IMG/VR virus record: IMGVR_UViG_3300046501_000558
Location: 17,478 to 81,477 of that record
Origin: a virus
Reading direction: 5' to 3' (one strand)
Length of the DNA: 64,000 bases
A model generated the notes under the pieces. It was not told the DNA's origin. It did no database searches and saw only the letters and a program-made list of their open reading frames with translations. The position numbers and the translations under genes were made by a program. Shown here in pieces: positions 48,101 to 57,408 of this stretch (its first letter is position 1; the number at the start of each line of letters is the position of its first letter).

Positions 48101-48160
48101 CTGAGCAACTAATTGGATACTTTCACGGGAAAGTTTGATTTTTTCTAACATCGTCAACAT
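45158..48160 (-). CDS. DdrB-like polyvalent protein (metallopeptidase/LPD1, pyrophosphatase-like and ParB-like domains)
   Basis: LALAFGARG...AHYEP..INITK..GGGSLGHEYFHALD; YWS..LEM.ARSF; IENPAGSVRSG...HYG...DGDEVDVF...DEHKV; follows darA-like gene. Confidence 0.7.
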   Translation of the reverse strand: MLTMLEKIKLSRESIQLVAQLKEGELSPLEKVKISRRVNEITVLLDGVISSEEPDAEPNIIDEGDGLSSVTTSENYRWKDTAVIAGARKFLTQTFDVAKKEGRNIVISDIDWDELNKDDRLAQALINKKNVFGVVDWSQLRDDGMPSEVAYLIKRVYDAVAKQPVVPTNAESRKNYVLAISNLRERLEKCRKYEQVQKIIVDISYEIENPKGLVKYYDKSAFAEVMNFDKWETRVISELGQKFYSWIFNTGNSALQEARTGRVPRTYQQSKGLEWAWLDKEPKLTDEEGKPKKPKAPSFQLEAAADIERVGGPAVQVRSSKELEQLCNFRGIQSGNWVLKDKSSAEFHMQATAEAMIDMSDVLGIDVKNLGLNGNLALAFGARGKSGALAHYEPSAKVINITKMKGGGSLGHEYFHALDNLINDLSTQKVGALGFFGTRDYAKIEDKELSEAFKNLTYALRFHKNRLVHKNKYKDLSKEADEFDLSNYASTGKEFAKDMGLDPEAPFEQPLSIVVEKFKAWFDALKAKSRVYVDSFAQHKLGEYLIARHFIKGDVSLTADGGVQIAIEGFDSHSDFYNKALLLDQGKMGKYWSQELEMAARSFSAYLQDRLATMGRKNDYLAYSTQGGNNRVGEVAYPQGVEREAVNAAFDQLFHVIKEKKILETASQNKAFMDALFTHAFHDPDFEMVIGSNENFQLLDGIGSSGTNNFTDDDQLGVNDILAQSAATSSLNQGQEPNEQQLQSGDYTTGKLKINELHVHIENPAGSVRSGVGADGETWETKMLAHYGFFTDSLGHDGDEVDVFVVPGTQSDYAGPIFVVHQNDEHGDFDEHKVIIGANSKAEATLLYQNHYDENFSGMGNIEQYSFDEFVQWLNQITEENKQLKGIYDSWSQDGHYEHVMVSKVNTAKAPKLQESRISLEDPIVVLENGSKYFLVHGIERLTLAKDRNERMVPAIIFKSSEVSWSTVNAAIKLAGHPVDPVALGALITKLIEDEAMQQL

Positions 48161-48171
48161 TTTACTTTCCC

Positions 48172-49656
48172 TTATTTTGAAGCGTTTTCAATAGCAAACT
48201 GCGCGTATGCTTCAGCGGCTTGGTTAAATAGATCTGTTAAGTCTTCGCTTAATCGCTCCCCAATTTCTTCAAGTTTTGCACCTGTTTCGTCATCGGCAAG
48301 GTTTACTGAGCCATCAATAACACCCGTTAAGAATTCCTGATCTGGATTAACGTCAGGCTTAGGCTCTTCAGGTACAACAACCGGATCTATTGAAGGGGTG
48401 CTTTCATCAATTGTTGGATCCCCTTCAGTATTATCGACGGGTTCAGCTTCTTGCTGATTTGGTTCATTACCTTCATCGGGTAAAACACCAGGTAAACCCT
48501 CTTCAGCTTCACCGTTTTCTACGGCCAGTGTGTTTTCAAACTTTTCTTGTTGTTGCTGAGCATGCTCATCAATTAACTTTTGTTGGTCGGCAATTTGTTG
48601 ATCTAACGAAGCCAAAGTATCTTGTGCAGTAGTTAAGGCTTCGTTTGCATTATCAAATTCTTGCTGAATACGTAATTTTTCGGCTTGTGCGCGGATATAG
48701 CGAGGATGAGTACTTACAAGTAATTTCATCATGCGCTGAGCAATCAAATTGAATTTCTTAGAGTCTACGGCGCGAGGTTGTAGAGCAGCTGTAACATCAC
48801 GGCGGTTTAACATCCATTTCCATGATGTGAGAACATCATCTTGTGAAAGTTTGGATGGTGTAGAGTCGGGATTATTGAGAATTACAGTAATTGTTTGAGT
48901 GTCAGACATCGTAAATACTGCAGCTACGTTTGCGACCCCTAAGCGCTTAAAAGGCTTTAGTTTGGTAACTTCTTCAACATAAAAAGTTTTGTCACTTATG
49001 GCTTGCAGCTGCTTCGCAATTTTATCAATTACTTTGTCAAATTCACGATATTGAATCACCATGGCGTCATGAATAGCCACTTCACATTGCTCATCAATCA
49101 AGATTTCGGCAATCTGTTTCGGTGTCACCGAGTCAAATAATTCTGCATGGGCATCATTTTGCACAATATCAAACATGAACTGAGCAAAATTACCGCCGTG
49201 TGATTTGATAGAGCACTCATCCCAAATGGGTTGCTCTTTGCAGATCCGGTGATTGAAATGCTCGGCATCATCTTTCAATAAGTACTGAGTGTTAGACGGG
49301 ATCTGTGCGCTATCAAGAAAGCGCTTCATACCGATATCTGTCAATGATTGAGAGCTGTGTAAACTCCCATTCATTAACGGCAATAAATAGCGCTTTACAA
49401 GCCGTTGGGCTTGATCTTCACTTACAGCACCAGCTACGGCAACTTGATCAGTACGATCAGCATTAACAACATTGAATACTGACCAGTTTGAAGATCCAGC
49501 ACTATCGCAAAGAATTGCTGGAATCTGTCTAGATTGGCCTTGTAGGTGCCCGATATTTGCAATGCAATGATCATTTTGCATTGTGCCATCGGGCATTTTT
49601 AAATTGCGCTCATCACCTGTTTGATAAAGGGCATTAAAAAGGGCATTTTTTGACAT
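48172..49656 (-). CDS. DarA-like defence-against-restriction protein
   Basis: F.MSD.QTITV...NPD.TP.KL...D.L.SWKW.LN.RDVT DarA N-terminal-domain motif, coiled coil, acidic linker. Confidence 0.78.
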   Translation of the reverse strand: MSKNALFNALYQTGDERNLKMPDGTMQNDHCIANIGHLQGQSRQIPAILCDSAGSSNWSVFNVVNADRTDQVAVAGAVSEDQAQRLVKRYLLPLMNGSLHSSQSLTDIGMKRFLDSAQIPSNTQYLLKDDAEHFNHRICKEQPIWDECSIKSHGGNFAQFMFDIVQNDAHAELFDSVTPKQIAEILIDEQCEVAIHDAMVIQYREFDKVIDKIAKQLQAISDKTFYVEEVTKLKPFKRLGVANVAAVFTMSDTQTITVILNNPDSTPSKLSQDDVLTSWKWMLNRRDVTAALQPRAVDSKKFNLIAQRMMKLLVSTHPRYIRAQAEKLRIQQEFDNANEALTTAQDTLASLDQQIADQQKLIDEHAQQQQEKFENTLAVENGEAEEGLPGVLPDEGNEPNQQEAEPVDNTEGDPTIDESTPSIDPVVVPEEPKPDVNPDQEFLTGVIDGSVNLADDETGAKLEEIGERLSEDLTDLFNQAAEAYAQFAIENASK

Positions 49657-49683
49657 CAGTTTCGCCTTATGAGTGTTTAACTC

Positions 49684-49724
49684 ATTGTCGCTGATGTAAA
49701 TTTTGCCCTTTCTGCGTTATTCCA
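49684..49724 (-). promoter_or_regulatory. Putative late promoter (TGGAAT-N29-GACAAT)
   Basis: Motif copy with 29-bp spacing. Confidence 0.7.
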
Positions 49725-50385
49725 AGCTAAAAGGGCGTAAAACTTTCAGTGTTACAGGCACTCTAAGAGATTCAAAATTATTTGAAGCAAGGTTATCTAG
49801 AGAGGCCAAAGTTGGGGCAACTAAAAACGTACGGTCGAAAGGCTTGTCTTCAAGTCCTAGCTCACGTGAAAAAAGCCCTACTGTTATCTCCATGGCGTAA
49901 CTTGCTGGTGGGTTAAGAGTACCATCGTTATTAACCATCATTTCACGCCACTGCATAAAGCTTGTAAGGATTCGAGCGTCTTTTGTTTCAAGTAGAGTGA
50001 GTTGAATATCAGGATCTTGCACCCCGCTTAAAGTATTGAAATAAAAAGCCCCTACTTTGACTTGTTCATAATCGGCTTCGATCACAGATAGGTTTGTTTC
50101 AGTCGCCAAATAACCAGTTAATTGATCATCAAAAAATCTAAGGTCCTTAGTGTCATTGTCGTTGTAAGGATTCATTTCTACAAAGTAATGAGCACTGACT
50201 ATATCCCCCAAATCATAAAGCTCTCGATACAATTGTTGGGCTTCAGCTGCCGAGTGACCTGCCCATAATTTCTTACTTCCTGATGCTTGAACTGTGATTG
50301 TTTCTAGCTTTGCATCAACCGGTGTTGGTGAGACTTGGGGTTGTGACTGCCCGACACTTCTAACTTCATTAAAATTAAACGCCAC
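49717..50385 (-). CDS. Tail-tube-fold baseplate protein
   Basis: IQLTLLETKD..I...F.QW..MMVN.DGT.NPP..Y pattern; GTG start after a purine-rich RBS. Confidence 0.5.
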   Translation of the reverse strand: MAFNFNEVRSVGQSQPQVSPTPVDAKLETITVQASGSKKLWAGHSAAEAQQLYRELYDLGDIVSAHYFVEMNPYNDNDTKDLRFFDDQLTGYLATETNLSVIEADYEQVKVGAFYFNTLSGVQDPDIQLTLLETKDARILTSFMQWREMMVNNDGTLNPPASYAMEITVGLFSRELGLEDKPFDRTFLVAPTLASLDNLASNNFESLRVPVTLKVLRPFSLE

Positions 50386-51994
50386 CCTGTTCCCCTTCAT
50401 CAGCGTTAGGATCTTCACTAGGATCTGAACCACCTTCGCTGCCAGTAAAACCATTTTGTTGCTGTTGCAAACGTCTTTCTTCAGCTTTTGCCTTCTCTAT
50501 AGATTCAGCAATTAGATCTGCTTTTGTTGTATCCATGCCTAGATATTCATCAAGGAGTACGGTGTTTGCTTGGCTTGGCAAATTCAGCTCTTTAAGTGAT
50601 TGAATACTTTGAGCAGTCATCATCAATGTATTTGCTCGAGTATTTTTATTATTTAAAGCTTCTGTGGCTGCTGCACTGATATCACTGTAGAACTCAATTT
50701 TAAAAGGCAAATCACTGCGCAGATAAATTTCATCATACTTGTAGGCAAAATGCAGAATGCATAAGTCAATTAAAGGTTCAGTTAAAGCTTGGCGAATTAA
50801 TGCAGAGCGTTGCATTACCTGTGCGCTTGTATGGAACGCTGCGCCATCACCTAGACCACCTGCTAACATATCAGCCCAGCCGAGCAATGATATGTCTAGG
50901 CCAAGCGCTCCGACCGCACGACGCATATGCGTCATGACCAATTCCATACTTAGAGGTGTGCTACGCTGAGCTATATCCCCCAAAGGGTTCATGACTTGTT
51001 TGTCACCCCACTGTGGAAGCACAATCCAATTTGTTGCCCAAAGCGGATCCCCGCCCATTAATGCATCTTTGGCTTTTTCATGCTGCTTTAAAATTGCATC
51101 TGTTAGACCTTCTTTATAAATTTTTCGGTTCTCAGGCGGCATGCCAGAGACATCAATAGTTAAAAATGCTGTTTTGACACTATCGACAATTTGCTGAGTA
51201 TTGAGTGCGGTGAAGTTAAGAACGACATCACGCCATGCTGTTTCAACATTTTGTAAAAAGGATCCACCAACCGGACTCGGGATCACTGGTACTTTGCTGA
51301 TGTCGTCTTCTTCTAAAAGCCGCTGAGTATAAATCTGATCAACTCGGAACTGAGGAACGGGGGCAATACGCTGCATTTTCATGCGAATCATTTGCGAACG
51401 CGTCAATTTCGTAAGAACACGATTATCAATATTGCCTTTTTCTAGAACGTGATAGCCAACGGTTTGTCCCGCTTGTTCATAAGCTTGGATATTTGGTGGC
51501 TCTACATGCTCATCACAAAGTACGTGATGTATGCCATAACCCTTTGCTGCATAAATACGTGCATAAGAATCACCGTAGGTAATCCCATTTCGAGAAAAGG
51601 CGAAAACGAATGAATTAATGAGTGATTGTAAATGCTTCGATTCTTTTTCTACGATCGCACGCAATTTTTGGGCTCTAATCCCGTCATTTCGTATGTGGTC
51701 CGCAGGTGAGATAAATACGACTTCTCCGCGGGTTTCATGCCCTCCAAGTGCTGCCGTAACTAAAAGGTTTAAAGCAGCATCAATGGTCGGATCCGTCTGC
51801 ATAATCTTATAGGTTGTATAGATCTGCTTTCGGTCACGCTGTTGTAATTCTTTTGAGGAATAAGTACCAAGTGAATACGGCGCAAAATTCTCATAAACTT
51901 TATTAATTGAATTAAGATCACTTGTTATATGTGTCTGCATTTCGGCTTGCCGTGCGCCAAACGCAGCGGACAAGAGATTGCCAAATGTACTCAT
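50375..51994 (-). CDS. Portal protein (P1 Prt-like)
   Basis: R..IY..Y..MQ.DPTI.AAL.L.VT.ALG, YGDSY.RI, LGLD.S.LGWAD.L.GGLG.G..F.TS.Q. Confidence 0.8.
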   Translation of the reverse strand: MSTFGNLLSAAFGARQAEMQTHITSDLNSINKVYENFAPYSLGTYSSKELQQRDRKQIYTTYKIMQTDPTIDAALNLLVTAALGGHETRGEVVFISPADHIRNDGIRAQKLRAIVEKESKHLQSLINSFVFAFSRNGITYGDSYARIYAAKGYGIHHVLCDEHVEPPNIQAYEQAGQTVGYHVLEKGNIDNRVLTKLTRSQMIRMKMQRIAPVPQFRVDQIYTQRLLEEDDISKVPVIPSPVGGSFLQNVETAWRDVVLNFTALNTQQIVDSVKTAFLTIDVSGMPPENRKIYKEGLTDAILKQHEKAKDALMGGDPLWATNWIVLPQWGDKQVMNPLGDIAQRSTPLSMELVMTHMRRAVGALGLDISLLGWADMLAGGLGDGAAFHTSAQVMQRSALIRQALTEPLIDLCILHFAYKYDEIYLRSDLPFKIEFYSDISAAATEALNNKNTRANTLMMTAQSIQSLKELNLPSQANTVLLDEYLGMDTTKADLIAESIEKAKAEERRLQQQQNGFTGSEGGSDPSEDPNADEGEQGGV

Positions 51995-52024
51995 TTTTAA
52001 CCAACTATTTAAATCATTGGCCGT

Positions 52025-52065
52025 ATTGTCAAATGATTTAAAAATCAGCCATTTTGGTTATTCCA
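52025..52065 (-). promoter_or_regulatory. Putative late promoter (TGGAAT-N29-GACAAT)
   Basis: Motif copy with 29-bp spacing. Confidence 0.7.
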
Positions 52066-52067
52066 CC

Positions 52068-52583
52068 CTAACTTGGACCAGGACTATTTCCGTGTTTATG
52101 AACATCAAATTCAATGCCATTTATCGTTGCACCGCCCACTAAATTAGATTTTCCTACAACTTCATGTTTACCTGTTGTTTTAGAATCACCTTCATTAATA
52201 ATATTTGTGGCCTTAAAGCGTATGGTTTCAGCTTCAAGAATTATTTCGTTATTAGCTTTCAATGAAATATTTGCTTCGGCAAGCAGCTCTATGTTTTCTT
52301 GGCGGATCCGACGATGGCCCACTTCAGCACCTTCCCCACGTGAACGATAGCCACTGATTACAGGACTATAGGGATCACCTTGCAAGAAAAAGACATAGAC
52401 ATCAGCACCTTCTAATATTTGTACTTCGGTGTCAAAGTCGTCCTCTCCAATTGCATATTGAAAGGTCGCCTTAATGCCAGTTTCTAAACCATCTGTGATA
52501 GGTGATATCTGAACGTTTGCAGTTCGTCCCTTACGATCGACTGAGACAATTTTTGCAGGCCAAAAACCATTGTAATTATTCAT
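52068..52583 (-). CDS. Baseplate spike (gpV/gp5-like)
   Basis: OB-fold G.DVYVFF.QGDP.SPVI.G, beta-helix repeats, terminal HKH metal-binding motif. Confidence 0.8.
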   Translation of the reverse strand: MNNYNGFWPAKIVSVDRKGRTANVQISPITDGLETGIKATFQYAIGEDDFDTEVQILEGADVYVFFLQGDPYSPVISGYRSRGEGAEVGHRRIRQENIELLAEANISLKANNEIILEAETIRFKATNIINEGDSKTTGKHEVVGKSNLVGGATINGIEFDVHKHGNSPGPS

Positions 52584-53476
52584 AATGAAACAACCTGAGC
52601 AATCCAAAATTTTGAGGCTGAAGCAGTCGCGTCGCCTAAGGCTCCAGAGTCAAATCTATGTGCCGCCGTTAAAATGACATACTTCTCTTTATTGATCAGG
52701 ACAACATCACCTGCGTTAAGTGTTGGGCTCAATGAACGCTGAATAGTGCCTTTCACTACCAACGCAGTACTTAAATTCTTCAAACGGCGTGGATCTAAAG
52801 ATGGCTGAAACTTGGCAAGTTGACCGGGTTTAATCTCGCCTTCAATCGTTTTACCGTCAGTATTGACTGTTATATAGGAAGGTATTGAGTGTGTGATTTG
52901 ATGCTGGTTATTAACCCAGCTTACAGCTGAAGCATCGAGTTTAAGTTTAGGATCACTCTGCATTACATTCGCTAAGCGCCGAATAGCAATTTTTCCATCT
53001 GAATTTATAAACATTATCGCAGCTTCTTCAGCACAAGCTCGGGCAATCAAATAAGTCGGGATGGCTCCATTTGGCACAAAAAACTTCATCAGTGGCACAT
53101 CTTCAGATATAGCAGCTTTGATACCGCTTGCACGTAATGCAGCCCCGATTGAAGTACTTTCTAAATATATCGCTTTGGATGCGGGCTTAATTAATTTCTC
53201 ACAGCCAGCCAATACAGCAATAAATGAGCCGATAACTTGACGCTCATCACCGCGAATAATTGAAGTTCTATTGATTACTGCTTTGATGATTTTCATTTCT
53301 ACATAATCATCGGTCATATAGATAATGCTATCTTCTTTTAACTGTGCTTCCAGATCCGCATTTAAAGAAGCCTGAAACTCAACGGTTAAAGGCACAGGAA
53401 CACAATCAGAGCGAAGTACTACCGATACCAGCCGATTTAAAGGGATTGTTGACGAGTCTGAAAGCACAATACGCAA
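52580..53476 (-). CDS. Baseplate hub protein
   Basis: Directly upstream of the spike; LRSD.VPVP.T.E and LTAAH motifs of P1-type hub proteins. Confidence 0.6.
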   Translation of the reverse strand: MRIVLSDSSTIPLNRLVSVVLRSDCVPVPLTVEFQASLNADLEAQLKEDSIIYMTDDYVEMKIIKAVINRTSIIRGDERQVIGSFIAVLAGCEKLIKPASKAIYLESTSIGAALRASGIKAAISEDVPLMKFFVPNGAIPTYLIARACAEEAAIMFINSDGKIAIRRLANVMQSDPKLKLDASAVSWVNNQHQITHSIPSYITVNTDGKTIEGEIKPGQLAKFQPSLDPRRLKNLSTALVVKGTIQRSLSPTLNAGDVVLINKEKYVILTAAHRFDSGALGDATASASKFWIAQVVSL

Positions 53477-53490
53477 GGTCTTAACTCACT

Positions 53491-53943
53491 CTACATAAAG
53501 CGCTGAGGCTTGTGATAGTCGTAATCAATGGTAAAAGGCTTTTCTAAAAAAGCTTCTTTTTTCATTGTTTCTTTTGCTAATGAGTAGGCTTGTTCAGCTT
53601 CACTTGAAGTTAGACCAAAACGATCCCCACCCATGGCCCCACTTGCTTCCATTCGTTGAGCTTGAATGAAATTAATGTGAGCACGCACAATGGGCTCTAA
53701 AATGCCCCATTCGCCAACGGAAATTACTGAGTTTTGATCGATCGGAAATGTTGTCTGCAGCTGGCCCTTTGTAACGGCCCAACCAGCATAAAATAAAAAG
53801 TTCATTTTGAGGACTTCAATAATGTCCTCTTTCACTAAGCTATAGCCGATCGCTAAGTAATGATCTGAAAGCAGCTCAGCAAGTGCATAAATTGCACCTG
53901 CTGAGCTGATTTGAAGGGTTCCATCACATTGTTTTAATAACAT
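53491..53943 (-). CDS. Putative head-tail adaptor/morphogenetic protein
   Basis: I...EWG..I.P......Q...MEAS..MG.D.FG..SSE pattern; position between tube and hub. Confidence 0.5.
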   Translation of the reverse strand: MLLKQCDGTLQISSAGAIYALAELLSDHYLAIGYSLVKEDIIEVLKMNFLFYAGWAVTKGQLQTTFPIDQNSVISVGEWGILEPIVRAHINFIQAQRMEASGAMGGDRFGLTSSEAEQAYSLAKETMKKEAFLEKPFTIDYDYHKPQRFM

Positions 53944-53946
53944 GAT

Positions 53947-54573
53947 TTATAACTGCCCCAACGCTCGAACAAGTGAATTACCAGCTTGAACAAAGTTTAA
54001 AATGTCGTTTGCATCTCGTAGGAACTTGTCAAAAGCTGGGGTTGCATTCTGCATTTTTCCAACGGCGGGGCTTGACGAACCTAGGCTTGAGTTCATACCA
54101 AAATACATATATTTGATTGGGGCATTAATTTTCATAATTGTATTTCTGCCCTCTGCATCAATTTCACCGCCTTCAAATGTAATAGCGCAGTCAGTTAATT
54201 GGTAGGCAAGTGTAAAACGATCTCTACGGCCATCAAAAACGATACAGTCTGTACTACCGCCGTTTGCCATGAGAAGTTCAGCAAAACCCGCAATTTGACC
54301 AGTATCCGTTTCGATCATCTGCATTTGACCTTCATGACTTGTTTTCGGCACACCAGGGCGGTGAGCTTGTAGACCACCTGCAAAAACGATCTCAGCCGGT
54401 TCTGTATAAGTGGTCACAGGTCGAGGCGCTTGCGGAATTAATAGCGCAATATCAGGAGCAATAGCTGGGACAATCATGGCATTACATGCCAACATTGCTG
54501 TACCTAAGCTTTTGGCTGTTTCGTAGTCCTGACAGTAGTCTAGAAGTGTTTGCTCGAAGTTACTTGCTCGCAT
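53947..54573 (-). CDS. Tail tube protein
   Basis: LLI.Q.PRP, Q.IET..G, Y.YFG as in P1-type tube proteins; start at MRASNF downstream of late promoter. Confidence 0.65.
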   Translation of the reverse strand: MRASNFEQTLLDYCQDYETAKSLGTAMLACNAMIVPAIAPDIALLIPQAPRPVTTYTEPAEIVFAGGLQAHRPGVPKTSHEGQMQMIETDTGQIAGFAELLMANGGSTDCIVFDGRRDRFTLAYQLTDCAITFEGGEIDAEGRNTIMKINAPIKYMYFGMNSSLGSSSPAVGKMQNATPAFDKFLRDANDILNFVQAGNSLVRALGQL

Positions 54574-54609
54574 AGTTTGAATATTCCGAAAATATGAAAT
54601 GTTCGGAAT

Positions 54610-54650
54610 ATTCTGCAAGCATTCAAAAATGGCCTTTTAAAGCAATTCCA
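54610..54650 (-). promoter_or_regulatory. Putative late promoter (TGGAAT-N29-CAGAAT)
   Basis: Motif copy with 29-bp spacing. Confidence 0.7.
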
Positions 54651-54667
54651 CCCTAAAACGTTGAAAT

Positions 54668-55282
54668 TTATCGATACTGAAAAGCTCCTACTTTCGCTCC
54701 AACCATAGCCGCGCCCATGTTAATGTTAATTGAATCGCCTAGATTGATACGTATTCCTACGGTCGGGTAAATGTGTGCCGGTACTAAATTTTGAAGCGTA
54801 GGCGTCAACTCAATTAATTCCTGACGGTCAACTTCATCATCCATGAGAATAAAAATACGTGACGTTAAGAAACTGTTTTCTGTTTCATACTCTGTTGCCA
54901 AAATAGGATATCGATTAATCCGTGAAATACTGTGATAGAGCCTAATAATTTTCCACTGGTTAGGCCATAGCATTTGAAGGATGAACTCCAAAAATGCGAG
55001 TCCTTGTTTTGAAGATAAAGATTTCCAATTTGCATAGATAACCCTCATGATTAAAGCGCTTACTTGAGGTCGTCTAAGTACAACTAAACCGTCCTGTTTT
55101 GTAAAACGCTCGACCACATTGGCGCTACCCAGATGAGGCATGCCGTAATAATAAATGTCGTTGAGCTGATCTTTAAAAAGTAGTTCAAATAAACGAATAA
55201 AATACTCTTTTAAGAAAGCTTCATCTTCATCGAAGGTATCTGACTGCTTGAGAGGGTAAAGTAGGTCTAGATTATCGACCAT
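54668..55282 (-). CDS. Baseplate wedge protein
   Basis: GL.FLEFIL.MLWP, FLTSRI, VPAHI motifs; follows J-like gene. Confidence 0.6.
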   Translation of the reverse strand: MVDNLDLLYPLKQSDTFDEDEAFLKEYFIRLFELLFKDQLNDIYYYGMPHLGSANVVERFTKQDGLVVLRRPQVSALIMRVIYANWKSLSSKQGLAFLEFILQMLWPNQWKIIRLYHSISRINRYPILATEYETENSFLTSRIFILMDDEVDRQELIELTPTLQNLVPAHIYPTVGIRINLGDSININMGAAMVGAKVGAFQYR

Positions 55283-56718
55283 CGGCTTCCCCCTGTATTC
55301 TTAGTTTGTTTAATATCTAAAGTAATACTATTCGCCGTTAAATAGGTCCACTGATGCGGTTTTATAGGGTTATCTTCTAGATCCTCCATCATCATTTTAA
55401 AATCGCTCGTACGATCTTGAAAAGCGCTGATATTGTCACTTAAAAGTTTTCCGATTTCTTGGGAGTTAAAACCATCAGCAATATAGTAGCTCGTTGCTGT
55501 TGTTTCACGGCCATAAAACTTTAAGAGTAGGGTTTTGATCTGTTCTTTAACAGCTTCAGCATTGTGAACAGGTGATAGTAGCCCTTGAATTGTTAAATTA
55601 AAGGGTCTTTCTTCAACTGCATGAAAGATAACCTTGCCCTTATACAAGTTATTCAATAATCCAATATAGTTAGCCAAATCTTCTTGCAATAAAGATTGTT
55701 CTGCAGGTGTTTTTGCAGCTACGGCCACAAACATTTTATTAATACTTGTATAACTCGGTCCGTAATTCGCTTCTTGTTCAACTTCATTCCAAACATTCAA
55801 ATAATGTGAACGTGGTAGAAAGCTTTTTAAACATGAAGCGTTATAATTGCCCAAGAATACTGCATCATCAAAATCAGGATATGAAGAAAGTAAGCGTAGT
55901 TGCTCGATATTAAGAGAATCAGCGCCAGTACGAAATAACCCACCAGTTTTAAAGCGAATTACAGCACGTTGTTCTGTTGCTGTCTCGACCGTCTCTAAAG
56001 ATGCCTCACGCAATAACGCTGCATCAATATCCCCAAAACTTTCAATAATCTGAATAGTTAAAACCGAGCCCGCTTGTAAAGTTGTGCCAAAACGTGAGCT
56101 GTCTCCGAATTGCATGGTCATCTTACGGCGCGTATTGGTTGTAAGGACGATTGCTTTATCATTCGCGTTTGTATTCATCCAACGCTTAGCAAAGCTATAT
56201 ATGTTTCCGTCTTGGTCATTAACTGACAATTGCACTAAATCTACATCGCTTTGCAGGTCAAGCGGGTAAAAATGAAATGGTTCTGTTACGGTTGGGCTAT
56301 ATGTAACCTCTCTTAATTCAGATTGTTCAGCTAGAACAGCTACCATTTCACCTTTTGCAGCATTAACACTCTGCAGTAAACGCCATGGACGACCTTGTCC
56401 ATCGAGAATTACGCGCCCACTTGCAAGCGATAAGTTGTTGTTACCATTATTTATGACTTCTATATAGTGCTGACATGGGGTACATAAGGGCAGAATGCCT
56501 TTATTACTTGCATCAGCCAGTATGGTAGCATCACGTGTCTTCTTGAAGGGTTCAAGTTCTGAAATATCAACATCACGGCCAAACTCGCCTAAAACATGCT
56601 GAATCACTTGCAACGGTGCCGTAATAGTCGGATCCCCAGCCGCATAACGAGCTGCATAAGCTGGATAATCTTGCAGTACTTGTAAAGATAATTCCTGAAT
56701 TCTAGCCAGCGTTGGCAT
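55267..56718 (-). CDS. Baseplate J-like protein (P1 BplA-like)
   Basis: EPF..TRDATILADA.NKGILP, FGD..RFG, G.D.L..EQLR, VWNE..QE. Confidence 0.75.
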   Translation of the reverse strand: MPTLARIQELSLQVLQDYPAYAARYAAGDPTITAPLQVIQHVLGEFGRDVDISELEPFKKTRDATILADASNKGILPLCTPCQHYIEVINNGNNNLSLASGRVILDGQGRPWRLLQSVNAAKGEMVAVLAEQSELREVTYSPTVTEPFHFYPLDLQSDVDLVQLSVNDQDGNIYSFAKRWMNTNANDKAIVLTTNTRRKMTMQFGDSSRFGTTLQAGSVLTIQIIESFGDIDAALLREASLETVETATEQRAVIRFKTGGLFRTGADSLNIEQLRLLSSYPDFDDAVFLGNYNASCLKSFLPRSHYLNVWNEVEQEANYGPSYTSINKMFVAVAAKTPAEQSLLQEDLANYIGLLNNLYKGKVIFHAVEERPFNLTIQGLLSPVHNAEAVKEQIKTLLLKFYGRETTATSYYIADGFNSQEIGKLLSDNISAFQDRTSDFKMMMEDLEDNPIKPHQWTYLTANSITLDIKQTKNTGGSRWSII

Positions 56719-57043
56719 CGTAAGTGTCTCCTGTCGGATTTCTTAAATCTGCTTGTGAAGGGAGTGGTATCAAAATAGAGCCGATTGCAATAAAAAATTC
56801 TTTTTTATCAATATCGATAGGGCGACTCTTAATATTCAATGTTTCAGTAGGCAACCCTCTAAATAAAGGGATATCTTCTCGCATCCATTGCAAAATCAAA
56901 TCAGCACTATCTTCAGTCATGGGTTTAAGTAAAATTTCTTGCCAGTTTCGGCCATAGTTCACGCCGATATAGCCATTTGGCCTTGCGCTTAGCCAGTGGT
57001 TGACTATTTTCTTAATGTCTTCAACGGTTAATTGATAGCTCAT
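56702..57043 (-). CDS. Baseplate protein (gpW/gp25-like)
   Basis: HWL...PNGY.G..YG....LL.P.....AD......REDIP. Confidence 0.6.
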   Translation of the reverse strand: MSYQLTVEDIKKIVNHWLSARPNGYIGVNYGRNWQEILLKPMTEDSADLILQWMREDIPLFRGLPTETLNIKSRPIDIDKKEFFIAIGSILIPLPSQADLRNPTGDTYDANAG

Positions 57044-57408
57044 AAATAACGCTCTACGATGGAAAATGCTGTTTGATAAATAACAACACGCCACAAAAGC
57101 ATGAGCGCCTGAATGAATAGAAAAATCCAAATTTCGAGGGACCATAGCCCTAATATTTCTAATACTCTTGCCTCAGCGTAGAGGACGTATAAGAATGGGG
57201 TGCAGCTCGCTAGAAGTCTAAAAAAAAGATTTAATTTGTATGTCTGTAATACGGTTTCGAGTAATGCCCTGTTCTGCTTATTACAAATCACTGAAAACCG
57301 AGATAACAGTGATTGGCCCTCAGATTTTTTAAACATGAGTTGATATTGAAGAAAGCTAAACCAAAGAAAACCAAGGCAAATTACGCAGATATGAAATTTT
57401 AAAATCAT
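57040..57408 (-). CDS. Membrane protein
   Basis: Three hydrophobic segments; overlaps both neighbours by 4 nt. Confidence 0.55.
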   Translation of the reverse strand: MILKFHICVICLGFLWFSFLQYQLMFKKSEGQSLLSRFSVICNKQNRALLETVLQTYKLNLFFRLLASCTPFLYVLYAEARVLEILGLWSLEIWIFLFIQALMLLWRVVIYQTAFSIVERYL